A stretch of DNA of 60,113 nucleotides, counting the filler, from Spirochaetales bacterium (GTDB lineage Bacteria > Spirochaetota > Spirochaetia > Treponematales > UBA12059): NCBI GenBank assembly GCA_016928955.1. It is 2 parts of 2 records of this genome, joined end to end, with 100 filler letters (N's around TTAATTAATTAA, not from the genome) between each part and the next. Parts side by side here need not be neighbours in the genome. Positions count along the whole stretch, not along the records: positions 29,108 to 60,113 come from JAFGJV010000001.1; 1 more part is not named here. One strand, written 5' to 3'. The translations under genes and the position numbers were made by a program. The first letter of the stretch is position 1; every line of letters starts with the position of its first letter. The notes under the pieces were generated by a model, which ran no database searches, was not told the origin of the DNA, and saw only the letters and a program-made list of their open reading frames with translations. Shown here one piece after another: positions 37,190 to 46,305 of the stretch.

Positions 37190-38062
37190 ATGCCGCAGGT
37201 ACGCGCACACGCCCGCAAGGCCAGCCCCTGGATCAGGCGAGGCGTGCAGATCTTCTTTTTCCTGCTCGTTGCCGTCATAGCCACGACCGGCGCCCTGGCC
37301 GAGCGCGGCGTGGACGTTCCGGCTCTCGGGGAGGGAGCGTCGCTCCACGCCATCTGCCCCTTTGGCGGGGTGGTGTCGTTCTGGCAATTGTTTACCACAG
37401 GTACCCTGGTCAAGAAGATACACGACTCGGCCATTGTGCTTGCCCTGATCGCCCTCGTCCTTACGGTGCTGTTCGGGCCGGTGATATGCGGCTGGGTTTG
37501 CCCTCTGGGCAGCGTGCAGGAATGGCTGGGCGGCCTGGGTCGCAAGCTGTTCAAAAAGCGCTACAACGCGTTCGTGCCACGAAAACTGGATAAAGTCCTG
37601 CGCTATCTCAGGTACCTCGTGCTGGCCTGGGTAAGCTACATGACCATCATGACGGGCACCCTGGTGTTCCAGGATTACGATCCCTACTTTACCCTCTTCC
37701 AGTTCTGGACCGGGGAAGTCGCCGTCACCGGCTTCATTGTGCTGGGCCTTACCCTGGTGCTGTCGCTGTTCGTGGAGCGGCCCTTCTGCAAGTACGCCTG
37801 CCCGTACGGAGCCTTCCAGGGCATCTTCAACCTGGTAAGGATATTCGGCATCAAGAGGAACGCATCCACCTGCATAGACTGCAAGGCCTGCGACCGGGCC
37901 TGTCCCATGAACATAGAGGTATCCACCTCTGGCACCGTACGCGACCACCAGTGCATATCCTGCATGAAGTGCGTGAGCGACGCGGCCTGCCCGGTGGCCG
38001 ACACCGTACTCCTGGCGGCGGGAAAGATCCAAGCCGTTGCCAAGCCTTCGAAGGAGGCCTGA
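37190..38062 (+). CDS. Membrane polyferredoxin (NapH/YccM-like 4Fe-4S binding protein)
   Basis: CPFG, CGWVCPLG, CKYACPYG, CIDCKACDRACP and CISCMKC motifs with TM helices. Confidence 0.85.
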   Translation: MPQVRAHARKASPWIRRGVQIFFFLLVAVIATTGALAERGVDVPALGEGASLHAICPFGGVVSFWQLFTTGTLVKKIHDSAIVLALIALVLTVLFGPVICGWVCPLGSVQEWLGGLGRKLFKKRYNAFVPRKLDKVLRYLRYLVLAWVSYMTIMTGTLVFQDYDPYFTLFQFWTGEVAVTGFIVLGLTLVLSLFVERPFCKYACPYGAFQGIFNLVRIFGIKRNASTCIDCKACDRACPMNIEVSTSGTVRDHQCISCMKCVSDAACPVADTVLLAAGKIQAVAKPSKEA

Positions 38063-38063
38063 C

Positions 38064-38795
38064 ATGGTGCGCGTCAAAACGACCACGCTTGCCGTCATAA
38101 CGCTTGGCCTCATATTCGGCGGCATTGGCCTGTCCAAGGCGCTCGGTTTCTGGCTGACCGAATCGAGCAAGGAACCTGCCCGCTTTGCCACGGGCGAGGC
38201 GGCCGGACAGTACAACCCGGCAGACATACGCGGATCCTATACCTGGGACGACATCGAGCGGGCTTTCGGACTGCCCGCCGCGGAGGCTGCCCGGGTGTTC
38301 TCCCCTGCCGGCCAGACCCTGTCGGCAGGCGACCAGGTCAACGTGCTGGAAGACCTGTACGCAGGGGTCCTGCCCGAGGACCAGGAAATCGGCACCGATT
38401 CGGTGCGCCTGTTCGTCGCCCTGTACAAAAACCTGCCGTACACGCCGGAGGAAGGCACCGTCCTTCCCAAGACAGCGCTCACCTGGCTGTCTTCCCAGGC
38501 GGGAGTGGATCCGCTCAGGCTTGAAGCCGTAACGACCGTGGAACTCAGGGGCACGGGTACCGGGCTTGCCACCGCCACGGAGGACGAGCACGATTCCGAC
38601 GCCAGGGTAGTGGCCGGTAAAACGACCTTTGGGGAGATATACGACTGGGGCGTCAGCGAGAGCCAGGTAAAGGACGCCATCGGGTTTGCGCCTGGGCCGC
38701 GCACCCAATCCATCCGCGACGCCGCGGTGGCCTCGGGAGTGGAATTCTCGGTGATCAAGACTGCCCTCCAGGCTTTGGTGGACGCTCAGGACTGA
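38064..38795 (+). CDS. Hypothetical membrane-anchored protein coupled to the polyferredoxin
   Basis: AGGAGG SD, start 1 nt after the upstream stop, N-terminal TM and PADIRGS motif. Confidence 0.7.
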   Translation: MVRVKTTTLAVITLGLIFGGIGLSKALGFWLTESSKEPARFATGEAAGQYNPADIRGSYTWDDIERAFGLPAAEAARVFSPAGQTLSAGDQVNVLEDLYAGVLPEDQEIGTDSVRLFVALYKNLPYTPEEGTVLPKTALTWLSSQAGVDPLRLEAVTTVELRGTGTGLATATEDEHDSDARVVAGKTTFGEIYDWGVSESQVKDAIGFAPGPRTQSIRDAAVASGVEFSVIKTALQALVDAQD

Positions 38796-38869
38796 CCATC
38801 GGCCGCCCGTATCACGGGCGGCCACCTTCTCTTGCCGGCGGTCGCCGCCTCTCCTAAACTTTAGGCACC

Positions 38870-40420
38870 ATGGGAGAACGCAGGAGACGCTCGATCAGAA
38901 CCAGCCTCATCAGCGTGGCCGCGTCCTCTGCCCTGGTCGCCACCGCCCTGGTCCTGGGAGCGTATTCCGTGTTCATGGAGCGGGGCTTCGTGCTTGAGGC
39001 CCAAGCCAGCACCAGGGAGTCAGCGGAGCGCCTTGCCGGAACCCTGTCGCTCGCCCTGTGGTACATGAACCAGACTCAGTGCGAGAGCATAGCCGTCAGC
39101 GAAATGGCCGACAGGAACCTGGACGGCATCCTGGTGTGGGACGAGCGCGGCAGCCTGGTGGTAGGGCTCAGGCGCCCCGACAGCGGAGGCGCGGAAAAAT
39201 GGGACGAGTCTGCCCTCCCCGGCTATGACCAGGCCCCAGGCGCCCCGTACGGAAGCTCCGTGCCCGCAAGCCCCGATGACAGGAGCGCCATAGCAGGCCG
39301 GGCCCTTGCCGGAGCGTCGGCGGACATAGTACACGCGGGCGCGAGCATCGGCTCGGTGGAGGTGTACGCTTCCATGAGGCAATCCCGCCAGTCGTTCAGG
39401 CGCAATCTGGCCTACTCCACCGCCCTGGCCCTGGCCATAGCCGTCATGGTCACGCTGGTACTGTCCCTGTCGGCCGACCGCTTGATCCTGTCCCGCCTTT
39501 CCCGGCTCCAGGCCGCCATATCAGAATTCAGCTCCATGCGCCACACGACGCGCGCCGTCGTAAGCGGCCGTGACGAGATAGCAAGCCTTGCCGCGTCCTT
39601 CAACACCATGGCCGAGACCATAGCAAGCTACAACAGCGACCTGGAAAGCCTGGTCAAGGACCGCACCGCGCGCCTCATTGAGGCGGAAAAACTTGCTTTC
39701 CTCGGGAGCCTGGTGGCCGGAGTGGCCCACGAGGTGAACACGCCCCTGGGCGTCAGCGTCACCGCGGCGTCGCACGTGTCAGAGATCCTGGATACCACCG
39801 GCCGCGCCTACGCAGACGGCAGCCTGGACGAGGACGATTTCCTTGCGGCCATAGCCGACGCCAAGGAGGGGGTTCGCATCATAGCCGGCAACCTTGAGAG
39901 GGCGGCTGAGTTCATGCGGACGTTCCGTAAAATGGCGGCCGACCAGAACCAGGACGAGAAAAAATCCATCAACATTTCCTCCTACCTGGCGGACATCGTG
40001 CTCAGCCTGAAGCCGGCCCTGAAACACAGCGGCCATGCCGTATCCATAGATTGCCCGGAAGGGCTGGCGGCCGAGTGCGTGCCGGGGGCCCTGTACCAGA
40101 TAGTCACCAACCTTGTGGTCAATTGCCTGAACCACGCCTGGCGCCCGGGCGAGTCAGGCGCCATACTTATAAGCGCCCGCGTTGACGGATCAATGCTCGT
40201 GCTTGCGTGCGAGGACGACGGCGCGGGCATAGATCCGGCCACGGCCTTGTCCATCTTCGAGCCTTTTTTCACGACCAAACGGGACAAGGGCGGCACGGGG
40301 CTCGGCCTGTACATCGTCAAATCGATAGCGGTCAAGCTCGGCGGCGACGTCAGCTACGAGGCGCGCCGTCCCCGAGGCTCGCGCTTCATCGTGAGGCTGC
40401 CTACGGTTGCCCGCGCTTGA
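38870..40420 (+). CDS. HAMP-domain sensor histidine kinase
   Basis: Two TM helices, DEIASLAASFN HAMP, GVAHEVNTPLG H-box, NLVVN, DDGAG and FEPFFTTK...GGTGLGL. Confidence 0.92.
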   Translation: MGERRRRSIRTSLISVAASSALVATALVLGAYSVFMERGFVLEAQASTRESAERLAGTLSLALWYMNQTQCESIAVSEMADRNLDGILVWDERGSLVVGLRRPDSGGAEKWDESALPGYDQAPGAPYGSSVPASPDDRSAIAGRALAGASADIVHAGASIGSVEVYASMRQSRQSFRRNLAYSTALALAIAVMVTLVLSLSADRLILSRLSRLQAAISEFSSMRHTTRAVVSGRDEIASLAASFNTMAETIASYNSDLESLVKDRTARLIEAEKLAFLGSLVAGVAHEVNTPLGVSVTAASHVSEILDTTGRAYADGSLDEDDFLAAIADAKEGVRIIAGNLERAAEFMRTFRKMAADQNQDEKKSINISSYLADIVLSLKPALKHSGHAVSIDCPEGLAAECVPGALYQIVTNLVVNCLNHAWRPGESGAILISARVDGSMLVLACEDDGAGIDPATALSIFEPFFTTKRDKGGTGLGLYIVKSIAVKLGGDVSYEARRPRGSRFIVRLPTVARA

Positions 40421-40460
40421 CTCCGGGCATGAAGGCCAGAAAGGCGTGTGTGTGTCCAGC

Positions 40461-41996
40461 ATGGATAGTCCCAAAGGGATAAAACTGGCTCCAAAGAAGA
40501 ACCTCTCGCAGGGCGCATGCGTCGACCTACCGTGGAAGGTCGTGATAGCGGACGACGACGAGGAGGTGCACGCGGTCACCAAGCTCGTGCTGAGAGGTAA
40601 GCGGATTCTGGGCCGGGAGCTTGAACTGCTATCGGTCAAGTCGGCGGCGGCGTGCAGGGAGCTCTTGTCCGAGGACGACAGCGTTGCCGTCATCCTCCTG
40701 GACGTGGTCATGGAAACGGACGACGCCGGACTCCGGCTGGTCAGGTGGATACGCGAGGAACTGGGAAACCACGCCATCCGGATCATACTCAGGACCGGCC
40801 AGCCCGGCCAGGCGCCCGAGGAACGCGTCATATCGGACTACGACATCAACGACTACAAGGAGAAAACCGAACTCACTGAGGTTCGGCTCCTCAGCACCCT
40901 GGTCACGGCCATCCGGGGCTACCGGGACATACGCACCATAGCCCAGAGCCGGAACGGCATGCGCATGATACTGTCGGCGGCGCCCGAGCTGTTCAGCTTC
41001 CAGTCGCTCAAACCCTTCGCGTCCGGCGTGCTCACCCAGCTCACATCCCTGGTCAACGCCGGGAGGAGCGCCGCTCTCCTGGACATGTCGGGCATAGCCG
41101 TATCCGTGGACGACCAGAAACTGCACATACTGGCCGGGTCGGGCAGGTTTCTCAACGTGGACGACACCGGCGTGCCGGACGCTCTCGGGCCCGAGGCCCT
41201 GAGCCTCATACGGAAAGCCGCGGTGTCCGACGGCTTCATAACCGAAGGCGGCATGCTGGCCCTGGGCGTGCACGGCCGCTCAGACGGCGGCAGCGTGATT
41301 TTCCTGTCAGGCTGCGGCCCGCTGTCGGACCTGGACACCGAGCTGGTCCAGCTGTACTGCACCAACGTGCTGGCCGCTTACGACAACCTGTCGCTGTACC
41401 GCCAACTGGAGCAGCGCCTGGACGAGAAGATCGTCCTGATCCAGGAAATCCACCACAGGGTCAAGAACAATCTGCAGATCCTCTTATCGCTGATCAACCT
41501 GAGTTCGGACAAGGCGCCCCACGCCGCCCTGGAAAGCCTCCGGAGGCGCATAGGAGCCATGGCCAGCGTATACAACCAGGTGTCGGGTTCCTCAGCCGAG
41601 GACAATATCCGCTTTGACGAGTGCGCTGCCGCCATAGTCGGCGACATAGCGGGGGCGGAAGCCGGGCTGGACCTCCGGCTCAGGGGAATCTGCCCGGATT
41701 TCCGCCTGAGCCTGAACAAGGCCGTGCCCTGCGCCCTGCTCACGCAGGAGCTTCTATCCTACGCGGTCATCTGCGGCTACCGCGACATAGAGCTGTACCT
41801 GGAAGCTGGCCCTGGCCTGAGGCGGCACCTGGCCATACGCGCGTCACAGGAAGGGGACTCAGGCTCCTGTGACGACAGCGGCTACGGCTTGTCCAAGGCC
41901 ATTGCCGGGCAGCTCAAGGCCAGCATGGCCATGGAGGAGGACAAGGGCTGTCTCGTCCTGTCGGTCGAATTCCAGCAAGACGGGACGGACTCCTGA
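40461..41996 (+). CDS. Response regulator: REC + DUF3369-like + HisKA_2 domain
   Basis: ADDDE, LLDVVME, RIILRTGQPG-APE, YDINDYKEK and EIHHRVKNNLQ. Confidence 0.82.
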   Translation: MDSPKGIKLAPKKNLSQGACVDLPWKVVIADDDEEVHAVTKLVLRGKRILGRELELLSVKSAAACRELLSEDDSVAVILLDVVMETDDAGLRLVRWIREELGNHAIRIILRTGQPGQAPEERVISDYDINDYKEKTELTEVRLLSTLVTAIRGYRDIRTIAQSRNGMRMILSAAPELFSFQSLKPFASGVLTQLTSLVNAGRSAALLDMSGIAVSVDDQKLHILAGSGRFLNVDDTGVPDALGPEALSLIRKAAVSDGFITEGGMLALGVHGRSDGGSVIFLSGCGPLSDLDTELVQLYCTNVLAAYDNLSLYRQLEQRLDEKIVLIQEIHHRVKNNLQILLSLINLSSDKAPHAALESLRRRIGAMASVYNQVSGSSAEDNIRFDECAAAIVGDIAGAEAGLDLRLRGICPDFRLSLNKAVPCALLTQELLSYAVICGYRDIELYLEAGPGLRRHLAIRASQEGDSGSCDDSGYGLSKAIAGQLKASMAMEEDKGCLVLSVEFQQDGTDS

Positions 41997-42019
41997 CAGG
42001 GCGTCAGCGCCCCCCAGGT

Positions 42020-42652
42020 TCATTCCATGTAGTCGTAATGATAGGCGGCCCCGACACTGGCCGGGCCCTCAGCCAAGGGCCGGAAGCTGAAGCCGCCATC
42101 AGCCTTCACCGCGTCCACCACGGCTTGGGTAACCAGGATGTCGCCGGAACCAGCCGTATCCTCCCCAAGCTTGCTCGCCGAGTTGACCTCGCGGCCGTAC
42201 ACGTCCGCGTCGCCTATCAGCAAGACCTTGCCGTAACCCACGCCCACGCACAAAAGGACCTTCTCTTCGTCGGTCCGGTCCCTGTTGTACTCGACGCAGG
42301 CCGCCTGCATCCGGGCAGCCGCGCGGAGGGCCTTCTGGGGGTTGCGGAAGATGATCAGCATCGAGTCGCCTTCCATCTTGAGCAGGATGCCGTCATGCTC
42401 GTCGATCACGGGCACCAGGATGCGCTCGCTCTCGTATATGGTCTGCAGGAAGTGGATGATGCCAAAAGCCTCGACATTGCGCGAAAAGCCAGACAAGTCC
42501 GTGAACACGATGGCCCACTCCTCGCCGAACAGGTCCCATATGCGCCTGTCGATGCGCTCGCGGGCTTCATCGTCGGCCTCCAGCCGTTCCTCTATAAGTC
42601 GCGTTATGCGTTCCTCGGACGCGCCCGACCCGATCACCCTGCGCAGATACAT
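42020..42652 (-). CDS. Stand-alone class III adenylate/guanylate cyclase
   Basis: FTDLSGFS, KMEGDS and DVYGREVNSASK; GGAGG SD before ATG 42652 (alternative GTG 42685). Confidence 0.85.
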   Translation of the reverse strand: MYLRRVIGSGASEERITRLIEERLEADDEARERIDRRIWDLFGEEWAIVFTDLSGFSRNVEAFGIIHFLQTIYESERILVPVIDEHDGILLKMEGDSMLIIFRNPQKALRAAARMQAACVEYNRDRTDEEKVLLCVGVGYGKVLLIGDADVYGREVNSASKLGEDTAGSGDILVTQAVVDAVKADGGFSFRPLAEGPASVGAAYHYDYME

Positions 42653-42738
42653 CCGCCCACCTCCGTAGATCGCCGTATCGTTCACAGAAGCAAGGCTACC
42701 GGATCAGGCCAGGAAGAGCAACGGTCCGTATCCCCGGG

Positions 42739-43944
42739 CTAATTCTGAGCGCCCGCTATGGCTGCCACGGCGGCTGCCTGCATGGCCGCTGCCGCCGCGT
42801 CCGGCGTGACCGCGCCTGACAGGACCTCGGCCATGTGCGGTTTGATGGCGTCCCATATAAAGCGCATCTCCGGCACGGCTGGCATGGGCACGCCCACGGC
42901 CATCTGGACGGACGAGCCCATGAGCACCGGATCTGATGCTATGGCCGGGTCGGACAGGGCGGCCTTGAGGCCGGGAAGCCGCTTGTACTGCACCAGGAGA
43001 TCCACCTGGTTCTGGTAGCTCGTGGCGGTCTCAATGAAGGAGAGGACTGCTTCCAGTTTGGCTCCGGCCACGCCGGACGCTACCATGAAATACTTGCCCG
43101 ACGTGTAGGGCGTGGGATAGGTGCCTGTTTCCGCCAGCATGGGTATGCGCGCTATGCCGAGTTTGTTGCCGAGCGCGGCCGAGTAGTCCGAAAAGGCCCA
43201 GTCCCCGTTGATGAGCATGGCGGCCTTGCCGTCCTTGAACAAAGCATCCGCCTGTGCGTAGTCGCTGGTCTCCGGCACGATCCCGTGCTTGCCCTTGAGG
43301 TCGGCCAAAAATCGGAGAGCGCTCCGCATGGCGTCCGTGTCCAGGCTCGGCGTCTTGCTGTCCGACTCGAACACGGAACCACCGTACGCCCCAAGCCAGG
43401 GTACCAGCCAGAAAGGCTCAAGCTGGTTGTATACCAGGCCGTACTGCACCCTGCCCTCGTCCATAAGGCCCCTGGCCAGGGCGATCATTTCGGTCGTGTC
43501 TGCGGGAGCTGCGCTCACGTAGGTTTTGTTGTACAGGAGTGCCAGGTGGTTGCCCGCCGTTATGGGCACTGCCCAGGTCTTGTTGTCTAGCACCACGGAC
43601 TCTACATAGCGGCTCATGTCCACCAGCGAATCGAGCGGCTGGATGCGGCCGGAGCGAGCCCATATCCCCGCGTGGTCGGGCACGGTCCATATCAGGTCCG
43701 GGCCCGTGCCATCCGCGGCCATCAGCAGGTTCTCACGGAGGTCCTCCGTACCCATGGTCTGGACCAGCACCTTGACGTCCTTCCTGGCGACCATGAAGTC
43801 CTCGGCCAGCGCCCGCAGGTACGGCAGGGCCTCTTTATCGTCTTCTTGGGTCCAGATGGTGATGGCCAGACTTTCCTCAACGCTATCCTTGGCGCAGCCA
43901 GCCACGGCCACCACGAGCGTCATGATCAAAACAATGCGTTTCAT
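42739..43944 (-). CDS. Maltose/maltodextrin-type ABC substrate-binding lipoprotein (orphan)
   Basis: Lipobox VAGC; GPDL, LLYNK, AAMLINGDW and PMPAVPEM..IW MalE-like motifs. Confidence 0.82.
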   Translation of the reverse strand: MKRIVLIMTLVVAVAGCAKDSVEESLAITIWTQEDDKEALPYLRALAEDFMVARKDVKVLVQTMGTEDLRENLLMAADGTGPDLIWTVPDHAGIWARSGRIQPLDSLVDMSRYVESVVLDNKTWAVPITAGNHLALLYNKTYVSAAPADTTEMIALARGLMDEGRVQYGLVYNQLEPFWLVPWLGAYGGSVFESDSKTPSLDTDAMRSALRFLADLKGKHGIVPETSDYAQADALFKDGKAAMLINGDWAFSDYSAALGNKLGIARIPMLAETGTYPTPYTSGKYFMVASGVAGAKLEAVLSFIETATSYQNQVDLLVQYKRLPGLKAALSDPAIASDPVLMGSSVQMAVGVPMPAVPEMRFIWDAIKPHMAEVLSGAVTPDAAAAAMQAAAVAAIAGAQN

Positions 43945-44073
43945 GATCGGATCCTTTCTCCGCGTATTTTGAAACCCGCGGGCATGCGAACCAGTTCCGT
44001 GCGGAACAACGAAAGCCGTTCGCCAGGCGGGCACATAAGGAGCCCGCCGTTAAAGTACGTGCCTGCCTAGCGG

Positions 44074-44095
44074 TATAATAAACCGGTTTAGTATA
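44074..44095 (-). promoter_or_regulatory. LacI-type operator overlapping a -10 box upstream of the MalE-like gene
   Basis: Perfect palindrome TAAACCGGTTTA at 44079-44090, adjacent to TATACT (44095-44090). Confidence 0.65.
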
Positions 44096-44129
44096 GTCGC
44101 CCAAGTTGTCTTCTTTGTCAAGATTTCAC

Positions 44130-44152
44130 CAGTGTGCCAAAGCTTTGATGTG
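44130..44152. repeat. Degenerate solo copy of family A terminal repeat
   Basis: CAGTGTGCCAAAGCTTTGATGTG, 18/23 identical to 22799-22821. Confidence 0.6.
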
Positions 44153-44274
44153 CACGGCGGGCGGATGGGCGGAAAAGCCGCCAGGGGTGGGCAACAAAAG
44201 AGCATCACCGAGGCGCGGATACACGGAGAAACCCGACATGAGGTCTTTGGGCTCTCCCGCCTCCAGATATCCAG

Positions 44275-46104
44275 TTATCTGGGATTGATGGCGTCCAGGA
44301 AAGCCTGGCCGTAGTTGGCCAGTTTGGTTCTTCCCACCCCGTAAATGCCGGCCAGCTCCTCCAAGCTTGCGGGGCGGATGCTGGCCATTTCCTTCAAGGT
44401 TCTGTCCGGAAAGATGACGTAGGGAGGGATCCGCTTGGCATCGGCCAGTTCCTTGCGGAGCATCCTGAGTTTTTGGAACAATTCGCCGCCCGCCTCGTCG
44501 CCCTCCGCCTGAAACCCCGGGATGTTACCGCGCTGGAGTGCCCGCGTCCGCTTTGAAACCCGCTGGGCGGGGCCAGGATCTCCCGCCACTATGGCCGGCA
44601 GAAAAAAAGGCGACTCTGACCTGAGCACGGCCACGGCCGGCCTGCCCAGGAGCAGGGTCTTGTGCTCGGGCTCCCGGACCAGGTGCCCCGCATCCAGGAG
44701 GGCCCTTGCCAAGGCGTTCCATTGAGACCGGCTGAATTCCTGACCTATGCCGAACGTGGACAGGCGTTCGTGACCAAAACGCGCCACCTTGTCCGTGTGC
44801 TCGCCGAGCAAAATGTCTATTACGTGGCCCGCGCCAAAGCGTTCCCCCGCCCTTTTTACGCAGGACAGGAATTTCTGCGCCTGTACGGTCACGTCCACCT
44901 GTCCCTCGTCGCCACGCTCGCAGTTGTCGCAGGCGCCGCAAGGCGCGCCCGGGGCGGACTCGCCAAAATGCTCCAGAATGACGGCCCTGCGGCATCGTCC
45001 GCTCTCCGCGTACGCTCGCATGGCGTCCAGGCGATCCAAGGCTCCCGGCCGCTCGTCCTCCCCGCTTTGGCCCATCATGGCTTTCAAGGCGACAACGTCG
45101 CCCCGTGAGTACAGGAGAACGCACTCGGAAGGCTGGCCGTCGCGTCCCGCCCGACCTATCTCCTGGTAATACTGTTCCAGGCTCCGTGGCAGGTCAGCGT
45201 GTATGATGTAGCGCACGTCCGGCTTGTCTATCCCCAAGCCAAAGGCCGTTGTGGCGGACACAACCCGTATGTCGTCTCGGATGAAGCCGTCCTGCACCGT
45301 TGTTCGCTCGTCGGCCGACATGCCCGCGTGGTAGGCGCCGGCGGCAAGGCCAGCGGCTCTCAGGGCTTCTGCCACGGACTCAGCCTTCTTGCGCGAGCCG
45401 CAATACACAATGCCCGGCGCGTCCGCCCGACTCAGGGAAAATGCCACGATTCTCCTGAGAGCGCCGGCCTTGGGCTCCACGCTTATGTTCAGGTTGGGGC
45501 GGTCAAATCCGCCGAGGAACAGCCGTGGAGCCTTCAGCCCCAGGGTCGACGCTATGTCCGCCCTGACCCGCTCGGTGGCCGTAGCGGTAATGGCCAGCCA
45601 CACGGCTTGCGGATAGCGCTCCCGCAGCCGGGACAGTTCCCGGTACTCGGGACGGAAGTCATGGCCCCACTCGGACACGCAATGTGCCTCGTCCACGGCC
45701 ACCAGCCGGGGGTGGACCGAGTCAAGCAGGGACAGAAGCCTGCCGCCAGACAAGGACTCGGGCGCCGCGTATACAAGCCGGACGGAACCCGCGCGCACGC
45801 GCTCCTCAGCCAGCTCCCGTTCGGCCGGGGATAGGCTGCTGTTGATGAACAGGGCATCCACGCCGGCGGCTGCCAGCGCCGCCACCTGATCGCGCATCAG
45901 GGCAATCAGGGGCGACACGACCAGGGTGAGTCCCCCGAGCATGAGGGCAGGTATCTGGTAGCAGAGCGATTTGCCCGCTCCTGTCGGAAGCACGGCCATG
46001 CAGTCGGCGCCGGCAACGAGCGCGTCAATGATATCTTTCTGGAAAGGCCTGAACGAATCGTAGCCAAAGACGGTTTTCAGGACGGTTTCGGGGCGGGCAC
46101 GCAT
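44275..46104 (-). CDS. recQ: ATP-dependent DNA helicase RecQ
   Basis: PTGAGKSLCYQ, DEAHCVSEWGHDFRP, QEIGRAGRDG, CRR...CGACDNC Zn site, RQC and HRDC domains. Confidence 0.95.
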   Translation of the reverse strand: MRARPETVLKTVFGYDSFRPFQKDIIDALVAGADCMAVLPTGAGKSLCYQIPALMLGGLTLVVSPLIALMRDQVAALAAAGVDALFINSSLSPAERELAEERVRAGSVRLVYAAPESLSGGRLLSLLDSVHPRLVAVDEAHCVSEWGHDFRPEYRELSRLRERYPQAVWLAITATATERVRADIASTLGLKAPRLFLGGFDRPNLNISVEPKAGALRRIVAFSLSRADAPGIVYCGSRKKAESVAEALRAAGLAAGAYHAGMSADERTTVQDGFIRDDIRVVSATTAFGLGIDKPDVRYIIHADLPRSLEQYYQEIGRAGRDGQPSECVLLYSRGDVVALKAMMGQSGEDERPGALDRLDAMRAYAESGRCRRAVILEHFGESAPGAPCGACDNCERGDEGQVDVTVQAQKFLSCVKRAGERFGAGHVIDILLGEHTDKVARFGHERLSTFGIGQEFSRSQWNALARALLDAGHLVREPEHKTLLLGRPAVAVLRSESPFFLPAIVAGDPGPAQRVSKRTRALQRGNIPGFQAEGDEAGGELFQKLRMLRKELADAKRIPPYVIFPDRTLKEMASIRPASLEELAGIYGVGRTKLANYGQAFLDAINPR

Positions 46105-46208
46105 GGGACCAGTATATCCGCAGGCGGCGGTCGGCGATAGCCGTAGCGCGAGCATACCGACCGGCTCGCGGGTTTACTGCTGGCAAGCCCCACGTTTGCA
46201 GGCGTGAC

Positions 46209-46242
46209 AAAAAAACCGCCCGGGCAAGGGCCCAGGCGGTTT
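46209..46242 (-). terminator. Terminator of the gcv operon
   Basis: AAACCGCC-CGGGC...GCCCA-GGCGGTTT stem with T7 tail on the minus strand. Confidence 0.72.
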
Positions 46243-46248
46243 ATCTAC

Positions 46249-46288
46249 AAGGAGCCCCTAAAAACTGCAGTCTTTAGAGGGTTACCTT
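46249..46288. repeat. Short palindromic repeat, family B
   Basis: AAGGAGCCCCTAAAAACT-GC-AGTCTTTAGAGGGTTACCTT. Confidence 0.55.
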
Positions 46289-46305
46289 AGAAAGGCGTGC
46301 GGGTG

